This document shows, piece by piece, positions 44,584 through 45,678 of a stretch of DNA of 45,678 bases. The DNA comes from a virus. Its lineage: Duplodnaviria; Caudoviricetes. The DNA lies in the IMG/VR virus record IMGVR_UViG_3300048819_000105, positions 1 to 45,678 of that record. One strand, given 5' to 3'. The first letter of the stretch is position 1. Each line of letters opens with the position of its first letter. The position numbers and the translations under genes were made by a program. Under the pieces are notes generated by a model, which made no database searches, had not been told where the DNA came from, and saw only the letters and a program-made list of their open reading frames with translations.

Positions 44584-44754
44584 ATGAAAACTAAAAACGC
44601 AACTCCTGTTCGCAAGGCTGTGATTCTGTTCAACTCTATACAATCATTGGAGAACAAGATTGAATCACGCGAGCGCAAGTTACACGCCATCACTGATAAT
44701 TTGAACACTGAAGAAATGGCCGAATACGTTGCTAAAACAGCAACAGTCCAATAA
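44584..44754 (+). CDS. Small hypothetical protein (56 aa)
   Basis: Hand translation MKTKNATPVRKAVILF...TVQ stop. Confidence 0.5.
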   Translation: MKTKNATPVRKAVILFNSIQSLENKIESRERKLHAITDNLNTEEMAEYVAKTATVQ

Positions 44755-44884
44755 CATGAAACTCTTTCTTAAAACCATCAGCGTCATCCTCGGTTTAATC
44801 GCGGCGACAATCATCGTGTGGCTGGTCGCGATTGGGCTGATGGCGTAAGGGGTTTGGATGAGAAAAGATTTATGAAGAAATGTG

Positions 44885-44913
44885 TTGAAATAAATTTATG
44901 ATTATCATAAAGT
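44885..44913 (+). promoter_or_regulatory. Promoter with palindromic operator
   Basis: TTGAAA-N17-TAAAGT overlapping TTTATGAT-T-ATCATAAA (44895-44911); ATG 6 nt downstream. Confidence 0.65.
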
Positions 44914-44919
44914 CTCGCC

Positions 44920-45036
44920 ATGAATAAATGTTCTAATTGCGGACACAATTGGAAATCCCGCGTCAAGAAACCGAAAGCGTGTCCTTCGTGCAAGATTTAC
45001 ACTTGGAACAAACCAAAGAAACATAAACAACACTGA
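44920..45036 (+). CDS. 38-aa Zn-ribbon protein, putative regulator
   Basis: MNKCSNCGHNWKSRVKKPKACPSCKIYTWNKPKKHKQH. Confidence 0.7.
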   Translation: MNKCSNCGHNWKSRVKKPKACPSCKIYTWNKPKKHKQH

Positions 45037-45052
45037 AAGGAAGGGTAACTCT

Positions 45053-45678
45053 ATTTGTAATTTCAAAAGCGGAATCGTGGTTAAGGATGGGAAAGAAAAA
45101 GGCGGCTTCCGCCTGTTAATGTCGCCGTGGACAGAATCGCACAGCGAACTTGAGATTATTCACAAGCTGCGTGACGGAGCACGTCTGACTTATGCGAAGG
45201 TTGAATTTTCACCGCCAGATTTAATGACGGCTGACAAGGTTGAAACCTACAAGCTGAAAATTGACGAGGAGCGGACGCCGGATTGGTTTGACGACGAAAT
45301 GAAAGAACGTGTCACGGCTAAAGTGTCGGCATATATCAAAACAATTATTGTCACCGGCGACGTTCAGCTTTTGATTGGCGGTCAGTTTATTATCGCCGCT
45401 GGCGCAAAAGTAGAATGTGCAAATAACATGGTGATTAACGCGCTCATTGGCGGCACGGTGAATGACATCAGGGGCGGCACGGTGAATTACATCAGGGGCG
45501 GCACGGTGAATTACATCAGGGGCGGCACGGTGAATTACATCAGGGGCGGCACGGTGAATGACATCAGGGGCGGCACGGTGAATGACATCAGGGGCGGCAC
45601 GGTGAATTACATCAGGGGCGGCACGGTGAATTACATCAGGGGCGGCACGGTGAATGACTTCCCTGACGTAACGGATCT
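45053..45678 (+). CDS. Octapeptide-repeat (beta-solenoid-like) protein, N-terminal part; continues at positions 1-275
   Basis: Open frame (I)CNFKSGIVVKD...TESHSEL...KVEFSPP...IDEERTPDWFD...GGTVNDIR repeats; absent from the ORF track because no stop occurs before the window end. Confidence 0.75.
   Translation, partial: MCNFKSGIVVKDGKEKGGFRLLMSPWTESHSELEIIHKLRDGARLTYAKVEFSPPDLMTADKVETYKLKIDEERTPDWFDDEMKERVTAKVSAYIKTIIVTGDVQLLIGGQFIIAAGAKVECANNMVINALIGGTVNDIRGGTVNYIRGGTVNYIRGGTVNYIRGGTVNDIRGGTVNDIRGGTVNYIRGGTVNYIRGGTVNDFPDVTD
45449..45658 (+). repeat. 24-bp coding tandem repeat, about 9 units (D Y Y Y D D Y Y D)
   Basis: Directly visible; 45600-45658 is identical to 1-59. Confidence 0.95.

Noticed and set aside
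45659-45678. Terminal 20 nt as a hairpin telomere or att site
   Set aside because: It partly resembles an inverted repeat unit (CCCTGACGTAA), but no protelomerase or integrase is present; a contig-end artefact is more likely.

Overview
The window looks like an essentially complete ~45.6 kb tailed dsDNA phage genome. Bases 45600-45658 are identical to bases 1-59, and both ends lie inside the same 24-bp coding tandem repeat. The + strand early/middle arm (41363-45678, continuing 1-11516) carries many small ORFs, an ERF single-strand annealing protein, an ExoVIII-like nuclease, a DNA methyltransferase, two HNH proteins, a PAPS-reductase-like protein and RusA. The - strand late arm (40730 to 11517) carries terS, terL, a Mu gp29-like portal, protease/scaffold, capsid, Mu-like neck genes, a tail tube candidate, chaperones with a -1 frameshift, a short tape measure, a ~1950-aa Asn/Thr-rich protein and membrane proteins. 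I recognised no integrase, transposase, polymerase, helicase or endolysin. The main finding lies between portal and protease: a stand-alone Cas7/RAMP-like gene (34641-35276, -) flanked by four non-coding tracts of 5-nt periodic GGY-NN units; the three downstream tracts are separated by hairpins and closed by a terminator. Reading only the NN dinucleotides of one tract, with every third target base skipped, gives a codon-phased 21/26 match to this phage's own portal gene, with mostly conservative substitutions. That fits an RNA-guided, gapped-code system aimed at a related phage. Other findings are three integron-like cassettes with attC-like sites, two C4-like antisense RNA structures upstream of HNH genes, repeated operator/promoter motifs and leaderless genes. 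All calls come from manual motif reading; no searches were run.
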